Assembly (NCBI GenBank): GCA_950097015.1 | Contig: CATNEN010000001.1 | Coordinates: forward strand, 4,216,001 to 4,280,000 | Length of the DNA stretch: 64,000 nucleotides | Direction of reading: 5' to 3' | DNA from: Macrostomum hystrix | Lineage: Eukaryota; Animalia; Platyhelminthes | Part shown: positions 62,262-64,000 of the stretch, piece by piece | Layout: the number at the start of each line of letters is the position of its first letter | Position numbering within the stretch: the stretch's first letter is position 1 | Notes under the pieces: model-generated | What the model was told of the DNA's origin: nothing | The model's database searches: none | Seen by the model: only the letters and a program-made list of their open reading frames with translations | Translations under genes and position numbers: made by a program

Positions 62262-62970
62262 AAGATACTCTCACATGTAGCTGACATCCCTAATTTAGTC
62301 TCACATGTAGCTGACATCCCTAATTTAGTCCCACAGGTGGCTGATATCCCTAATTTAGTCTCACATGTAGCTGACATCCCTAATTTAGTCTCACAGGTAG
62401 CTGACATCCCTAATTTAGTCTCACAGGTAGCTGACATCCCTAATTTAGTCTCACATGTAGCTGATATCCCTAAAGATATCCCACAGGTAGCTGATATCCC
62501 TAAAGATATCCCACAGGTAGCTGATATCCCTAAAGATATCCCACAGGTAGCTGATATCCCTAAAGATATCCCACAGGTAGCTGATATCCCTAAAGATATC
62601 CCACAGGTAGCTGATATCCCTAAAGATATCCCACAGGTAGCTGATATCCCTAAAGATATCCCACAGGTAGCTGATATCCCTAAAGATATCCCACAGGTAG
62701 CTGATATCCCTAAAGATATCCCACAGGTAGCTGATATCCCTAAAGATATCCCACAGGTAGCTGATATCCCTAAAGATATCCCACAGGTAGCTGATATCCC
62801 TAAAGATATCCCACAGGTAGCTGATATCCCTAAAGATATCCCACAGGTAGCTGATATCCCTAAAGATATCCCACAGGTAGCTGATATCCCTAAAGATATC
62901 CCACAGGTAGCTGATATCCCTAAAGATATCCCACAGGTAGCTGATATCCCTAAAGATATCCCACAGGTAA
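62262..62970. repeat. 30-bp minisatellite in two sub-arrays (CTGACATCCCTAATTTAGTCTCACATGTAG, then 17 units of CTGATATCCCTAAAGATATCCCACAGGTAG)
   Basis: Direct tandem copies ending about 20 nt before the TM2D2 acceptor. Confidence 0.97.
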
Positions 62971-63003
62971 CATTACTGAACTGATTTTCAGCATTGCCAA
63001 CTC

Positions 63004-63594
63004 ATGCTGCTGCTGCTGCTTCTGCCGCTGCTTCTCCTGCTCACCAGCAGCGGTTGCCAGGCGGAAGATCTGGCCATAGTCGACAGGGCAGGTGCGTCTT
63101 ATCAGTCGCAGGTGTTCAACGAATCCACTGGCGATGCCTACAATGCCGAGGGTCCCCTGCTGCCGTGTCGCCTGCTGCCTGCGGAGTCTGTGAAATGCAA
63201 CCCGCCTCTTGATCTGCAGGGCAACTCCAGCCTGAAGGACATCCTTGGTCACGGCTGCACCAAATGGGGCGGCCAGACCTATCAGGAGGTTGAGCACACC
63301 AGGCTGCAATGCTTCGCTCTAGCTGACATTGAATGCTACGGCAGTCGCAGCTTTCTCAGAGGTCGATCGCCTTGTCTGAAGTACACGGGCCACTATTTCC
63401 TAACCACACTGCTTTACTCTGTGTTTCTGGGCTTCCTGGCAATCGACAGATTCTGCCTGGGCCACACAGGTGCCGCCATTGGCAAGATGCTCTGCTTAGG
63501 CGGCTTTGGAATCTGGTGGATTGTCGACGTCATCCTGCTGTGCACCGGCAGCTTGAGGCCTGCAGATGACAGCAGCTGGATGCCCTACTATTGA
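63004..63594 (+). CDS. TM2D2: TM2 domain-containing protein 2
   Basis: Leu-rich signal peptide and CLKYTGHYFLTTLLYSVFLG...DRFCLGHTG...GKML.LGG.GIWW.VD. AATAAA near 63710. Confidence 0.9.
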   Translation: MLLLLLLPLLLLLTSSGCQAEDLAIVDRAGASYQSQVFNESTGDAYNAEGPLLPCRLLPAESVKCNPPLDLQGNSSLKDILGHGCTKWGGQTYQEVEHTRLQCFALADIECYGSRSFLRGRSPCLKYTGHYFLTTLLYSVFLGFLAIDRFCLGHTGAAIGKMLCLGGFGIWWIVDVILLCTGSLRPADDSSWMPYY

Positions 63595-64000
63595 TGTACT
63601 TTGCCCAGCCATTGTACAGCCATTGTACAGCCATTGTACAGTTTCTTGATTTCAGTGTACAGCCTAATGATTGTGCTTTAGATATATTACTGCGTACCTG
63701 GGCTTCGTCAATAAAGCAACGGATTGCCTGAGCTCTGGTTTTATTTATTAAAGTATTGTGCTTTGTTGCTTGATCAATTTTCTAATATTCAATACAGGTA
63801 ATGGGTACCAGCAAGCATATAGAGAAGTAGAAGCAATGGGATCTTGCTCATGGACACAAATCCTTTGCCCTCGGCTGAGATTCGAACTTAGACCTCTCAG
63901 ATCGGAGAGACTGTGCCAAAACCAAACAGTGAGCAGTGCCTCTCTCACAATGCATTTCAGCTTTTTCAGCTGAACACTATGAGCTCAATGTCTCTCACCA

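Overview
Eukaryotic (animal) genomic DNA with GT-AG introns, tRNA-derived SINEs, MITEs and many minisatellites. GC-rich exons with poly-Q/G/A inserts alternate with satellite-filled introns, which suggests a free-living flatworm such as Macrostomum (inference only). Genes, left to right: the 3' exons of an LRR-like protein (+); D-amino-acid/D-aspartate oxidase (-); a debris zone (ABCA fragment, Tc1/IS630 fragment, Crypton tyrosine-recombinase fragment); a full ABCA transporter (+); then a co-oriented + strand run of CSN1/GPS1, WDFY3/ALFY (16 coding exons, about 3628 aa), PPIE, two small C2H2 zinc-finger genes (one with a premature TAG) and TM2D2. Main observations: (1) 12 of the 15 WDFY3 introns each carry a different minisatellite; (2) an intronless LSM14 gene sits on the same strand inside WDFY3 intron 2, and its first AATAAA lies about 55 nt from the host 3' splice site; (3) a hAT MITE with a perfect 8-bp TSD carries the same 16-bp minisatellite that fills WDFY3 intron 13; (4) a CORE-domain SINE has a 12-bp TSD; (5) splice acceptors just upstream of most start codons suggest SL trans-splicing or an operon; (6) WDFY3 has a GC-AG intron. 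All exon models were derived by hand with phase checks. No database searches were run.
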